Source of the DNA: Rebecca billardiae RCC1528
Taxonomy: Eukaryota > Protista > Haptophyta
DNA: 64,000 nucleotides
Assembly: GCA_965240325.2 (NCBI GenBank)
Contig: OZ251237.1
Span: 744,001 to 808,000, forward strand
Direction of reading: 5' to 3'
Under the pieces are notes generated by a model. It ran no database searches. It was given only the letters and a program-made list of their open reading frames with translations, and had not been told where the DNA came from. The position numbers were made by a program, and so were the translations under genes. This document shows, in pieces, positions 9,855-23,819 of this stretch. How positions within the stretch are numbered: the stretch's first letter is position 1; every line of letters starts with the position of its first letter.

Positions 9855-11654
9855 CCCACCACCGCCACGGCCGCCGCGCGCGGCGTCGCGCGCTCGGCGC
9901 GCGCGTGCGGCTGCGGTGGCTGGCCCTCCGGCATGCAGCCGCATCACCGGTGCCGTGCTGCCGTACCCCGACGAACGCACCGTGCGCCGATGCGCGGCGG
10001 GCTTGGCCGGAGGCGCCGCCCGTCGCGTGAAGGCGAGCGCTCGCGCGAGCGGAGACGCCGGCGGCGGCGGCGCGCTCGCGCGGAACGACAGGGGGGCAGG
10101 CGCGGCGGCGTGCGCGGGCGACGACGCCGCGCCGTCCTCCTCGCCCGGCTCGTCGTGCCGTGACCCGCGCCGCCCGCACGCCGGCTCCGGACCCGCCCCC
10201 GCTGGCGCCACGGCGGCCGAGTGCCACGACGGGAAGACTGGGCAAGCCCCTCTGGCCGCCGCAGACGCTGCGGCCGCCGCCGCTGCCGACTCGGCTGCTC
10301 CGGGCTGCGCGGGTGCGGCATCGGCGGCATCGGCGCTCGAGGTGACGAGGTGCATGTCGAGCACGGGCGTGAACGCGCGCGCGAACACGAGCAGCCTGTG
10401 CTTCGTGCTGTACGCCGCGTCCACCGCCAGCGCGCCCGCCGGCGCCGTCTCCCACGCCGCCTCGTCCTCCTCCAGTGAGTCTGCCGCCGAGCACGCGAAG
10501 GACGCACCGTCGACCATGATCGCGCGCTGCGCGCTCACGACGAGAAGGGCGGGCAGGCTGGGCAGCGCGGCGGTGTGCCCGCTGGCGTGCACGCGGCGAG
10601 CGAGCCGCGCCTCGTCGGCGCCGTGCTCTGCCTCCCCCTCGCGCCGCGGGCTCACGAAGGCGAGCTGCAGCACGGCCGGCGAGGCATCGGCTGCCGGCGT
10701 GGCGCCGGCGCCGGCGCCGACGGCCGCGACGGGCGCGGTCGGCGCGAGCGCGCGCGCGTGCTGCCGGCGCCAGGCGGGAAGCGCGCTGACGACGTGCGGC
10801 CCGGCCGGCGCAAGCGCCGCGCCTGCGCCCTCGCCGCCCTGGGCTGCGCCCACCCGCGCGTGCGGCACGAGCGCCTCGCGCACGGGGCGCACGGCGACGA
10901 TGCCGCTCGCCGCGCCGGCCGCGCCCTGCAGCGCTTCGTACAGGTGGACTGTGCCGTCCTCGCAGCCGAGGGCGAAGCGCGCGAGGGGCGAGCGCGTGTC
11001 CACCGCGACGCTGAGGAACGGTGACGCGCCGAGCACGCTCGACGAGTAGATCAGCGCGCGCGCGCCCAGATCCCAGAGCTTAAACGTCCGGTCCTCGGAG
11101 GCTGTGATCAGAATTGCCTCGTCTGCGCGCGCCGCCGCGAACGGCGCAAAGGCGCACGCGGTGACCGCGGCCTCGTGGCCCTCGAGGCGGATGAGCTCGA
11201 CGCCGCCGCTCGTCTCGAACACGTGCACGTCGCCGCGGAGCGCCACCGCGATCGCCCGCGCCGGCGACTCGCTCTCGTCGAAGCACGCCGCCGTCGTCAC
11301 GGGCAGCAGGCCGCTGTCGCCGCGCACGCCCTCGGGGTCGAGGTCGACCGGGGCGCCGAGGAGCAGCCGGTCCTCGCCCTCGACGGCCTCGACCGTCCAG
11401 ATCGTCAGATCCTCCCGCGACGCGACGAAGAGGAGCGCCGGCGTGCCCTCGGCGAGCGCAACCTGCTCGACGCGACCACCGCCAGGCGGCACGACGCGCA
11501 GCGGCGGCGCGCCTCGCGCGAGCAGCTCGACGGACCAGACGAGCACGTGCTCGCTGTAGAGCACGCTGGCAACGAGGTCTCCGCGCGCAGCCACGAGCCG
11601 CGCGGCTGTCTCGATCTCCAGGGACGACGACGCCGCCAAGCCGAACGCGGGCAT
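8553..11654 (-). CDS. WDR27: WD40 repeat protein, WDR27-like
   Basis: WD repeats at both ends (LEGHEAAVTAC, ITASEDRTFKLWD, GHDGAVRALEWSHSG, FLTSASDGTVRLWDLR, FSPCMRYVAVGGED, VSDVAFNPRHPQLAT). The VRSSGY and RFFYMDQLFLL motifs are typical of WDR27. The start at ATG 11654 is inferred. Confidence 0.75.
9768..9866. repeat. (GCC/ACC)n trinucleotide tract encoding poly-Gly in the WDR27-like protein
   Basis: About 30 consecutive Gly codons on the minus strand. Confidence 0.9.
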
Positions 11655-11918
11655 CAGGTCGTGCGCCGTCGCCCTCCCAACGGTCTCGATGAAAGCCGCC
11701 CGAGCCAATCGAGAGCGAGCCGGTGCTTCGTCGCGTGAAGCACTGGTGGTTGAGCGAGCTACCGGAAAAGGCCGGACGCTTGGCCGGACCAAAGCTCCAG
11801 CAGTCCAGCACGACGTGGCCCGGTGGCCCGCGCGCTGCTCGACGGTTGAGAGAGCCCGCGCCTTTTTGGAGAACCAAGCTGGACCTCCGCTTCCAGGCGA
11901 GGCGCGGGCGCAGCCATC

Positions 11919-12218
11919 ATGACGAAGACTCTCCTCCTCCTGTTGGTGATCGCGGCGGCGGCCTTTGCCGACTCTGCGCCCGTGGGCGCGGACGAGGAGG
12001 CGGAGCTGCGCGCCGAGTTCGACGCGATGGATCTGGACAAGGACGGCCTCATCGACCGACGCGAGCTCAGCCAGATGGAGGACGCGCCGGAGGAGGGCGA
12101 CATCGACGAGTTCATCATGTCCTTTGACCAGGACGGCGACGGCAAGATCTCGTACGAAGAGATCATCGACGACGCGCTGAACGCCCAGAGCGATGAGGAG
12201 GCCCCCGAGCTGGAGTAA
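11919..12218 (+). CDS. Small secreted/ER two-EF-hand calcium-binding protein
   Basis: Signal peptide MTKTLLLLLVIAAAAFA, canonical EF loops DLDKDGLIDRRE and DQDGDGKISYEE, and an acidic overall composition. Confidence 0.85.
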   Translation: MTKTLLLLLVIAAAAFADSAPVGADEEAELRAEFDAMDLDKDGLIDRRELSQMEDAPEEGDIDEFIMSFDQDGDGKISYEEIIDDALNAQSDEEAPELE

Positions 12219-12878
12219 ACAGGCCGTGCCATTGGCGGACGCCGCGTGGACACGCGCTTTTTGAGCCCGCGCTGTGTGCGAGGCCAGGGGAAACATGGAG
12301 AAGCTCCGGCGGCGGCAGGGAGCACGCCGGAGGGGATGCGCAAGCCATATCGCCTGCAGGCCCAGCCGCTGCTGGGCGTCACTGCACGCTTCTACAGCCA
12401 TCAGGTGGACCCCATGCGCATGCTCGGTGCCACGCAGAGTGCCCGAACCAACTACCATTCATGTGGCAGTGGCCCGCGGGCCATGCCTGCCTCGCCGCAT
12501 CGCCATCTAGTGTGATCATGATCATGCCCCATGGCTTGCCTCAGAATCTGACTGATGGCTATCGTCGGCAGGCTGCGACGGGCGGGTCTGTAGTAAAGTT
12601 ATCAGCGCGGTGACCATCACTGACCACGGCCTGGCAACGCGGCAACGCCAACGTGAATGAACGGCGACGGTCGCGTCTCGGTGTCTGACTCGCGCGGACT
12701 CGCGCCGACTGCGGCCGCGGCCCGCGCGGCCGCGGTCTCGCCTGCTCGCGAGGCGGCCGGGTGCACCGGGCCGGTAGGGGTCCGGGGTGCCACGGCGGCA
12801 GGACTGGTTCGCGACGCCGCACGTCGCGCTCCGCCTGCGCTCGCCTCGTGATGATCGCGGCCACCGCGCGCATGCAGC

Positions 12879-14440
<1,562 letters not shown>

Positions 14441-16044
14441 ATGGATGGAGGAGCTGGCGAGGCGTGGCGCGCGAAGCGGGCCAAGGTTGGCGGGGATAGC
14501 GACGACAATGACGCCGGCTCGACGCGCAAGAAGGCGCTGATCACTGGTATCACCGGCCAGGACGGCTCGTACCTCACCGAGTTCCTGCTCTCCAAGGTGC
14601 GCGCGCGCGGTCACGCCGCCGACGCCCGCGCGTCGCACGGCGTGCCGCGCGGCAGCACGGCGCGTGTGCGAGTCCCGAGGCGCGCTTGTCGCGCCCGCCG
14701 GGTGAGCTCAGTCCTCCCATTCACCCGCCCGCGCCGCCCACGCAGGGCTATGAGGTCCACGGCATCATCCGCCGCTCGTCGTCGTTCAACACGGGACGGA
14801 TCGAGCACATCTATCAGGACCCGCACCTGCCGGGCACGCAGCTCTTCCTGCACCACGGCGACCTGACCGACGGCACGAACCTCTTTAACATCATCAACAA
14901 GATCCGCCCGGACGAGGTTTACAACCTCGGCGCGCAGTCCCACGTCATGGTCTCCTTCGAGCTGTCGGAGTACACGGCGGAGGTTGACGGCGTCGGCACG
15001 CTTCGGTTGCTGAATGCCATCCGCACGGCCGGCCTTGAGAAGACGTGCCGCTTCTACCAAGCCTCGACGAGCGAGCTGTACGGGCTCGTGCAGGAGGTGC
15101 CGCAGTCCGAGAAGACGCCCTTCTACCCGCGCTCGCCGTACGCCGTCGCCAAGCAGTATGCGTTCTGGATGGTGAGTTGCCGCCGGGCGCACGCTCCGCC
15201 GGGCGCGGGCCGGGCCTCCCCGCGCGCGGCGCAGCGCGCCTCGGCGCCGCTCGCCCTGCCACGCCGCGTGCTCCTCCGTGCTCGAGACCCACGCGCGGCG
15301 TCGACGCCCCCGGACCCGCCCCGTGCGCGCGCCCAGGTCGTCAACTACCGCGAGGCGTACGGCATGCACGCGTCCAACGGCATCCTCTTCAACCACGAGT
15401 CGCCGCGCCGCGGGCCGACGTTCGTGACGCGCAAGGTGACGCGCGCGGTCGCGGCCATCATCGCTGGGGACCAGCAGTGCCTGTACATGGGGAACATCGG
15501 TGCGTGCCGCAGCTCGCGCGCTCGCGCACGCGCGTGCGACGCTCGGACCGCCGCCGCCCGCGGGCTGAGCGGCCACCCGCACCACTCGCAACGGTATCGG
15601 CTGACCCCTGCCGCCGCCCGCGCGCCGATCGCAGACGCCAAGCGCGACTGGGGCCACGCGCGCGACTACGTCGAGATGATGTGGATGATGCTCCAGGCGG
15701 ATACGCCCGACGACTTCGTCGTCGCGACGGGCGAGATGCACTCGGTGCGCGAGTTCATCGAGTTCGCCTTCAAGCACGCCGGCATCGAGATCAAGTGGCG
15801 CGGCAAGGGCGTGGATGAGGAGGGCTACGACGCAAAGGACGCAAAGCGCGTGCTCGTGCGGATCGACCCGAAGTACTTCCGGCCGACCGAGGTGGAGCTG
15901 CTGATCGGCAACCCGAAGAAGGCGAAGGATAAGCTCAAGTGGACACCGCGGACCACCTTTGAGCAGCTGGTCAAGGAGATGGTCGAGTGCGACATGACGT
16001 CGCATAAGTCGGGCGGGCGGGGCGCGGCGGACAAGGCTGACTAG
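14441..16044 (+). CDS. GMD: GDP-mannose 4,6-dehydratase; exons 14441-14596, 14746-15171, 15337-15499, 15635-16044
   Basis: Motifs [78 protein letters not shown] and FRPTEVELL. Three GT-AG introns. Confidence 0.97.
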
Positions 16045-16142
16045 CTGACTAGTAACGACGAACGGTCTAACGGGCTGTGGGCGCGGCACGGTCCGCGCCA
16101 GTCGCGAGCGGTAGGACTACTGCGCTGCCAAAATGAAAAAGC

Positions 16143-16750
16143 CGCGGCGCAGTCGTCGTATAGTTAAAACCGCGTGATATTATAATTATTATTTTGTCAC
16201 TGATGCAATACTGAATACTGCGCTCTTGAGACTGAGTGCTGCGCGCTACTAATGCATACCGGGTTGCCTATACCGTAACCGTTCTGTCCGTCGTTATTCA
16301 TGTTGATGCGATTATTACTCATCAGAATATGATATAGAATACTCGTCTGCGCACTCTGCGCTGACGAGCATTATTGATGATGACGACCGCTATACGGCTC
16401 CGCCTCCAGCTTACCGCGGCACCTGCGCGCCATAGATAGCACTATATTAGCAGCACGACGACTTCAGCGCAGCTAGCGCTCTGCGCTAGCAGCAGACAGT
16501 AGCATCAGTGAGTCGCGGCGCAGTCCGTCGAAACACTCGAAACCGTGATGTTATAACTTACAGCGCGCTATACTGCGCGATTACTGCGCTGACGACGACC
16601 GCTAGCTGCTAGTGCCGCTACGGCTCCGCCTCCAGCTCCCCGCGGCACCTGCGCGCCATAGGCCCGGGCATAGCACTATTAGTTAGCAGCACGACGACTT
16701 CAGCGCAGCTAGCGCTCTGCGCTAGCAGCAGACAGTAGCAGTGAGTCGTC
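16143..16750. repeat. Degenerate local duplication in intergenic DNA
   Basis: About 16382-16515 matches about 16594-16748 (TACGGCTCCGCCTCCAGC...GCGCTAGCAGCAGACAGTAGCA). 16143-16185 also resembles 16515-16560. Confidence 0.8.
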
Positions 16751-17080
16751 GTCGTCATCATGATCATGTCGAATATCGATTGACGATTCATATCGTCATC
16801 GACGCTTGGTTGGCGGTATAACATATCATATATCAGATGATGTATGACGGCGACAGCAGATCATGATCATCGTCGTCGTCGTCGTCAGTCGTCATATATA
16901 TCATCGCGTCATCGTGCGCATCGATCATCATCGTCGTCAGTCGTCATCAGATGACGATCGCTATCATCCGCGCGGGCGCTGCCGCGCCGCGCTGCCGCGG
17001 AATATGCGCTTGCTGTGTATATATATATATGCGCGGGGTAGTCGTCATCATCAGTCATCGCACATTCGCACTGCGACCTC

Positions 17081-20000
17081 TCATCGGGATCGCTTGGCCT
17101 TTTTGTTTTTCATCACTGCCGCGGTGCGCCACCTGTTTGCGGTGCCGTGCTGCGCCATGCGCCCCCAGCGCTCAAGCGCGTGCGACAGCGGCATGTCCAC
17201 CTGCTTGAGCGCGTAGCCCTCCGTGTCAAACCAGGTCATGTAGTCGGGCGCGGCGCCGCACGCCACCAGCACGCGCGTGACGAGCGGCCACGTGAAGCGC
17301 TGCGCGGCCGGGCTTTGCCGCATCGCCGTCTGGAGCCACCGGCCGTACAGCAGGAGCCGAGCGACCTCGCCGAACGCCGACGGCTGGGGAATCACGAGCT
17401 GAGTCGCGCGCGAGAGCAGCCACAGCTCGACGAGCCTCAGCCGCTGGCACGGCCGCGAGGCCGGCGCGAGCGCGCACGCGCTCGCCTGCACCGGCGCGAT
17501 GGCCTCCCGCAGCGCGGTGGACGGGGCTGGCTGCGTGGCGCGCCGCGCCTCGGCCAGGTGCTCGCAGCCCGCCGCTCCGGGGTCGCAGGTGAAGGCAAAG
17601 GCCGTGCCCGGGCTATGCGCCACCCGCGCGGCAATCGCGCGCAGCGCTGGGCTCACGGGCGGGCACCGCTCGGCCGTCGGCCGCCGCACGCGCACCCTGG
17701 GCGCGCTCGAGTCGCCGGCACTCCGGTTGGTGCCCACGTGCACGCCGATCGCGCCGCCGACGCGGTGCGCCTGCGCCGCGTGCTCGATCAGGGGCCCAAG
17801 GTCGTCCTGCCGCGGGCGCAGGCCGGCGAGCGCGCTCGCGAACGCCTGCACGGAGTACTTGCGCAGCGCGGAGATGAGCACCGTGCGCGTGCGCACATGC
17901 AGGTTGGTGCCGCTCGAGTGTGCCGCCGAGATCACGAGGGGGCGGTGGTCGTCGCCGCGCCAGCCGCGCCGTGGGTACTCAGCCCATCGCCGGCCGGCCG
18001 TGGCTGCGAGCTCGGCCGGCGGCATTCGGCCGTGGCGGGCGCCGTCCGCGCCCGGCGCGGCGGCGTCTGGCGCGAGAGGGTCGAAGCTGAGCACGAGCGA
18101 GCGCTCTGAGCGCTCGAAGAGATCATCATACTCTGCCTCGCACTCGCTGTCCGCCTGCCACACAACCACAGGCACCAGGTTGAGCTCCCTCGCGAGCGCG
18201 AGCGCGCTGCCGAGCGCGCGCACGCGGCTCGCGACATCACCGAGCACGACGACGACGAGCAGAGGCTCCGCGCTCGTGGCGCGCGCCGCCCAGCGGCGGA
18301 ACTCGCGCCGCTCGCGCGCGCGGCTCCAGCACGGGCCGAGCGGCGAGTAGTCGCCGCTCGTGTCGTCCGGCACCGGCAGGGTGACAGGCGTGCGCCGCGT
18401 TTGCCACGCAGAGCCTCCCAGGGGGTCCTCGGTCGAGAGCGTGCCCGGGCCTGATTCGGGCGGTGCGGCCTCCGGGCCTCCGCCGCCCGCGCTCTCCGAC
18501 CCGGCGTCGGGGCTTGTGCTGGGCCGAGGCGCGACGGAGTACTCGTGCACGCTCGCACCGCGGAGGCCCCACGCGCACGACGACAACCAGTCGCGGCGCA
18601 CGCCCGCGCTGCGCAATACACCCAGCTCCGCGACCAAGGGCGGCGGCGCCGCGCTCGCGCCGCCCGTCCGCGCGGAGGTGAGATTGGACGCGGGCCCGCC
18701 GCCGCCCGGCATGATAGAGCCGCTGCTGCCCGGCCGTGCGCGCTGACGTTGCGGGACGGGCGTCGAGTACGCGCCGCCGCGGGCTCCGACGCCGGCCGCG
18801 GACTCGAGTCCCGCAATGCGCGCCGTGTGTGCGCCGGCCGCTACGGGCAGCGGCTGATCCGCCGCCTCCGCAGCGCCACCCCGCCACCAGTGCAGCTGCA
18901 GCCGCTCGTCTGCGGGCCCGGCGTGCCCTCTGCTGGCAGCGACATCAAGCACAGCGCACGCCGAGGCGGAGGCCGAGCGCTGCGCGTGGGAGCGCCGCCG
19001 ATGCTCGACACTCGACTGCGCGGAGTGCGCCCTGCACGGCAGCCAGCGGAGGCTCATGTTCGCCGCCTGCACCCGGAACGCCAGCAGCCGATCGACCTCG
19101 GTCCGGACGGCGGCCCCCTCCGCGAGGCCGTGAAGCTGCACCCACCGCGCCTTCGGAAGCAGCACGCCGGCGACCGCGCAGCCGGCGCAGGCCGCGGACG
19201 CCGCGTCCGAGGCGGCGGCGGCGGCGGCCGGGTCCGAACGCCCGGGGTCGCTTCCGTCGGCGTGCGCGGCGCACGAGCGCGCGCGACCGTCGCCGAGGCA
19301 CAGGCACGCGTCGACTCGAGCAGCGGCGGGCGCGCCGCGCGCCGAGCTCGAAGCAGCGCGGGGAGCGGCGCGCGCGGACGCGCCGCCGCGAGCGGACGCG
19401 TCGCAACTGCCGATGGCGAAGGCGACATCAGGTACCGACTGCCGCGCCGAGCTGGGCGCGATCTCGCGCAGCGCGGAGAAGAAGGCGGGCGTGAGCCGCG
19501 CGCGCGCGCTCACCAGCGCGACCAGGTCGGCGGCGGCAAAACGCATGGCGACGTTAATGGCCTCGGCCGCGCGCCCCAGTGCCGGCTCCTCGGGCGCCCT
19601 GTCAGACAACGCTGCGCGCTTGCGCGCCGCCCTCGCCGCCGTCGCCGCGTGCGCGCTCGTCCACACCGACGGCGCGCCCGACGGCCCCGTGTGCGCGTGC
19701 GCACGGGCGGGCAACGCCAGCCAGCGCATGCTCACGAGATGGCCGGCTGCGTCCGCCTTGGCGCGCGCGCGCGCGCTCTCGCCCCGAGTGCGCCCCGCGG
19801 CGCCCGCGGCCGCGCTCGTCGCCGGCACGCAGTCGACGGCGCAGGTGAAGATCACCTCCACCCGGATCCCGTGCAGCCGGGCCGCCGAGGCGACGCCCTT
19901 GAGGAAGTGCTCGGCTGCGCTGCGCACGGCGAGCGCGTGCAGCGTCGGGCCGACGCGCGGGAAGCTCCGCCGCAGCGCCGAGCGCGGCCTGCCGGCCAGC

Positions 20001-22900
20001 ACGAGCGTGCTGCTGCTCCCTGCGCCCGGCGCTAGCAGCTCGTCTGCCGGCACGATGATCGAGATTGCAATCTCCTTCGCGCGCATCAGCCGCGCGAGCA
20101 CGGCGCTGATGCCGCCGACGCGCGCGCTGGGCGCGACGTGCGCGTCGGCCGCCGCGTCCGTCTCGGCGTGCGCCCGGTGCTCGCTGCCCGCCTCCTCCCG
20201 CCGCGCGCCGCCGTTGCCACTCCGCACAAGCAGCGCGTGAGCCGACGAGCCCGGCGACTCGGCCGAGGTGTGTACGCGCCAATTGTGCGGCAGGTACCAC
20301 AGGCCGAGGGTGTGCAGGTGCAGCGCCTTCGCGCCGCCCATCTTCGGCGTGAGGCAGTGCGCGACGAGCGCGCGCCCGTTCACCAGCCCTTCGCGCGTGC
20401 ACTGCCGCACGATCACCACCGGCGGCAGAATCGCGACCTGCAGCGAGGGCGAGGTTGCCCCCGCCGCCGCGGCCCCGGCACCGGCCGCGCTGCTCGAGCC
20501 GACGCGCACGCGCGCAGCAGCGGCCCCGCCGACTGCGCCCAGGGTGAGGGCGTGGGCGTCGGCCAGGGCGCTGCTCGGGAGCCCCGCGCTGCGAAGGAAC
20601 GCGGCCAGCCTCCCATCGGTGCGGTTGAGCCCATCGCCGTGGGCGCTCGCCGTCACGAGCACGACCGTCGCCGGCGGCGAGCGCGGCGCGCTCGGCAGCA
20701 CGTCCGGACGCGCCGCAACCGATCGGACGTGTGCGGCGAGCTCGGTGTTGAACGCGACCTGGTCGTCGCCGATCTCCTCGGAGAGGGCCTGCACGCCCGA
20801 GGCGAAGGCGAGCATGGGCGGCGTCGAGCGCAGCAGCACGAAGCCCATCACCGCCGTGCTGCCGCCGAGCGCGCGCCGCGCCGCTTCCGGGAAAGTTCCG
20901 GCCGACGCGACGGCGTCAGCTGGCCGCGAGCTGAGCCCGGCGGTGGCCCCGACCGCGAGGCGGCTGACGCGCGGGAGCACGTCGTCGAGCCAGACGGCGT
21001 CGGAGTCGCACATCAGCACGTCGAGGCCCGCGCGCAGCAGGAGCAGCGCGAGAGCACCGCGCTCGATCCACACCTGATGCGCAGCGGCGCGCGCGCGGGC
21101 GGCGCGCGCGAGCGTGTCAAGAGTGCGTGTCGCGAGCGCGCGCGGGCGAGCCATGGTCGAGATCGTGGTCGAGATCGGTCCCAGACGATTGCGCCTCGCT
21201 CGGCAGGAGGCGGGCGGCGCACGCTCGCTCCGCCCTCGCCCCGCGCACGCGCGCGCCGTGCGCACACCCCGTCGAAGCGGATGTCCCCCTCGTCCGGCCG
21301 CATCGCTCTACTTGCCGTGTACCTCGGGATCAGAGGGAACACCGCCGCGCCCAGCGTGCGCAGCTCGTCGTGCGAGTGCCAGTCGAGCGCGCCCACGACC
21401 GGCATCATCTCGACGCCTGCGTGCACACGCACGCTGCGCGAGGGGAGCGCGGCGCGCCGCGCGACGCACAATGTGATGAGCCGCTCACATCAGCGCGGGC
21501 AGGCAGGCATCGGGCGCGCGCCGCGCACACCTGAGGAGGAAGTTGAGCGTCACATCGACATACGGCTCGCTTGTCGTCGTAAAGACCACCGTGCGACCGT
21601 TCGGGCTCGCGCGCGCGCCCGCGCGCGCGAGCTCGAGCGCGAGCGCGTCCCGATCCGCGCACGGCGCGCCCGACTGATCGGCAGGCGGCGCGTGGCCCAG
21701 CCGGTTGGCAATGTGCCCAACGACGGCCCACACGCGGCAGGCGAGCGCGGGCGGCCAGGCGTGGCGGTGGTGCGGGCCGCCAGTGCCGTGCTCCGCCGTG
21801 GGCGGGCTGCCACGCGCGTCCGCCCGGTGCAGCCTCGGGTCAGCCGGCGCGCTGCACGCCAGCCGTGCGCGCCTCTGCAGCGCTGCTGCGTGCTCCGGTT
21901 CGCCCAGGCGGCGCGAGCTCGCGGCTGCAGGGCCGGCGGGCGGCGCGAGCCAGCGGAGCGCCCTGGTGAGCTCAGTCACGCAGCCCGCCGGCGTGACGAG
22001 CCGCTCGAAGCTCGCGGTGAACGTCGCGTTCGCCCCGTCTGGCTCCGCGGCGGCGCGCTTGGCGAAGCGGCGGTGCGAAGCCCACGTCGCCAGGTAAGCC
22101 TGCGCCAGGCTCAGGGCCGACTCTGCTAGGTGAGCCGAGAGCGCGCGACTGAGCTCGGTGCCGCCGAGCGAGTCGACGTGGCCGCCGCTGTCGCCCGCGT
22201 AGTACAGCCGCTGCGTCTCCGCGTAGATCGCGTCGAGCGGGTGTCGGTCCAGGAAGAGCGCGCGCGTCGGCCGCCACCGGTGGCATCGGCTGAAGAAATA
22301 TTTGAGCGCAGATTTGGGCAGGTGGCGCGCGGCCGGGTTGCGCGCCTCGGCGCCGTGCCACGGGAGGTGCCCGCGGCGCACCGCCGGCGCTCCGTGCTGC
22401 GCGTCCGCCCGCTGCTGCCAGAAGCGCACCGCCTCGACCGGCGTGTGCATCGCGTGCGCCTTCACCACGAGCGTGCTCGTGTCGCACCGCCGCTCGCCCA
22501 CAAAGACGGCGCGCAGCGAAGTGTCGTCATAGGCAGAGCCCGTGGCGATGCCGGTGGCGCGCTCGAGCAGCTGGCGGAAGTACGAGTTGCCGCTGCCCGG
22601 GAAGGAGTACAGGACGGGCGGGGCCCACGCGCACGCGCCATGCGGGAGGAACGCCGCGTGGCCGTCGGACGCAGGCTGCAGCGAGCATCCCTCCGCCGCC
22701 GCCGTCAAGGCCCGCCGCCGCCCGGCCGCCCGCTCGGGCCCGGGCCAGCCCTGGCCGAGGGGCGCGGCACCGGGCGTGGCGTTCGCCGCGAGCTCTAGCG
22801 CGTGGATCGATCGCTCGTTGCGCGCGTCGACGGCGGCCCCCGCCCTCAGGCAGCCGAGCAGCACCAGTGCGATCGGCCCAGCTCGCCTCAACGGGCGCAT
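17081..22900 (-). CDS. Multidomain secretory-pathway glycan-modifying protein: signal peptide - sulfotransferase - nucleotide-diphospho-sugar transferase (GT77-like) - GT-A-like - fucosyltransferase-like; exons 22900-21531, 21433-21268, 21073-17081 (~1842 aa)
   Basis: Two GT-AG introns (21434-21530, 21074-21267) join three ORFs in frame. The joined frame rebuilds a Nucleotid_trans-like motif series (FTTTSEPYVDVTLNFLLS...VGALD...VWIER...GLDVLMCDSDAVWL...DDQVAFN). The N-terminus carries YSFPGSGNSYFRQLLERATG, VKAH and RHPLDAI (WSCD-type sulfotransferase). The C-terminus carries VVVWQADSECEAEYDDLF, IGVHV and ELWLLS..SAFG (FucT/NodZ-like). Confidence 0.75.
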
Positions 22901-23214
22901 GATGATCGCGATGGCGGCGCAAGCTTTTGCCCGCCAAGGCTTTGCGCCTGATTGGTGGACAAGAGCAGTCAACGCTCACCACATGCGATTTCAGCCCGAC
23001 GAACTCGTCAGCACAACTCCGCCACCGAAGGCGCCAACAGGTTGCATGCGTGCGGCGGGCACTCACTACTGTGATGGCGCCCCGGCTGTGGCGTCTGGCC
23101 ATGAGGGCGCGGCGTCGGCGGCGACCGGCGAGGTCTTGGGCGAGCTCTTCGCGGGCCCACTCGTCCCGATGGGGCGTGGGGCCGCGCCTGGCCCTGCTCA
23201 CAAGGTGTACTGTA

Positions 23215-23819
23215 TGGAGCGCTCGTTGGAACTTGAGCGGGGGTGGAACTTGACACCGCATTTCCCAGCGAAGTGCCCCATCTCGGCGGGGCTGGCACGG
23301 TCGGCACACGCTCCTGAGCGCTCGCTTCGCGGTGCGGCAGGCCTTGGGCAGCCCAGACAGACATGCTGCGACCGAATTACCGGGCCATGCGCGCACCACA
23401 CCCGCGCTACATGGCCTGCGCGCTGGACGACTGAGAGGCAACGCCGAACCACTGCATTCCACTGCCCCGCATGCACCCCGAGTCACCTTCAGAGGGCGTC
23501 GACGAGCGCAGAGCGGGTGCGTGGGAGTTCGACCAACTCGTGTACCTTCTTGCAAGCACCAGCGGCGAGGTCGCAAGCCGAACCTTGACCAGCCGTGGAA
23601 CTTGAGCTGGTCGGCAGCAAAACCACCGTTTAACCCGGATCAAGTTAGCAGCGTGCGAGGAGGAGGTGCGGTGCGCGTCCGCGGCTGGCGAGAGGCGTCC
23701 GGACCGTGCCGTTCTCGGCCGCGCCCGCGCGCTTCCCGCCGCCGCGGGCCCCGTGTACGCCCGTCGTCGCCCTCGCCGCGCGGGCGCCAAACCGGCGTCA
23801 AGTTCCAACGAGCGCTCCA
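23215..23819. mobile_element. MITE with 22-bp TIRs and TA target duplication (Tc1/mariner-like, non-autonomous)
   Basis: TGGAGCGCTCGTTGGAACTTGA (23215-23236) has a perfect inverse at 23798-23819. TA flanks both sides (23213-14, 23820-21). Internal copies of TGGAACTTGA occur near 23244 and 23596. Confidence 0.85.

Noticed and set aside
11655-12458. N-terminal 268 aa of the 1301-aa ORF
   Set aside because: This is the antisense shadow of the EF-hand gene and its promoter; the WDR27-like sequence starts near 11654.
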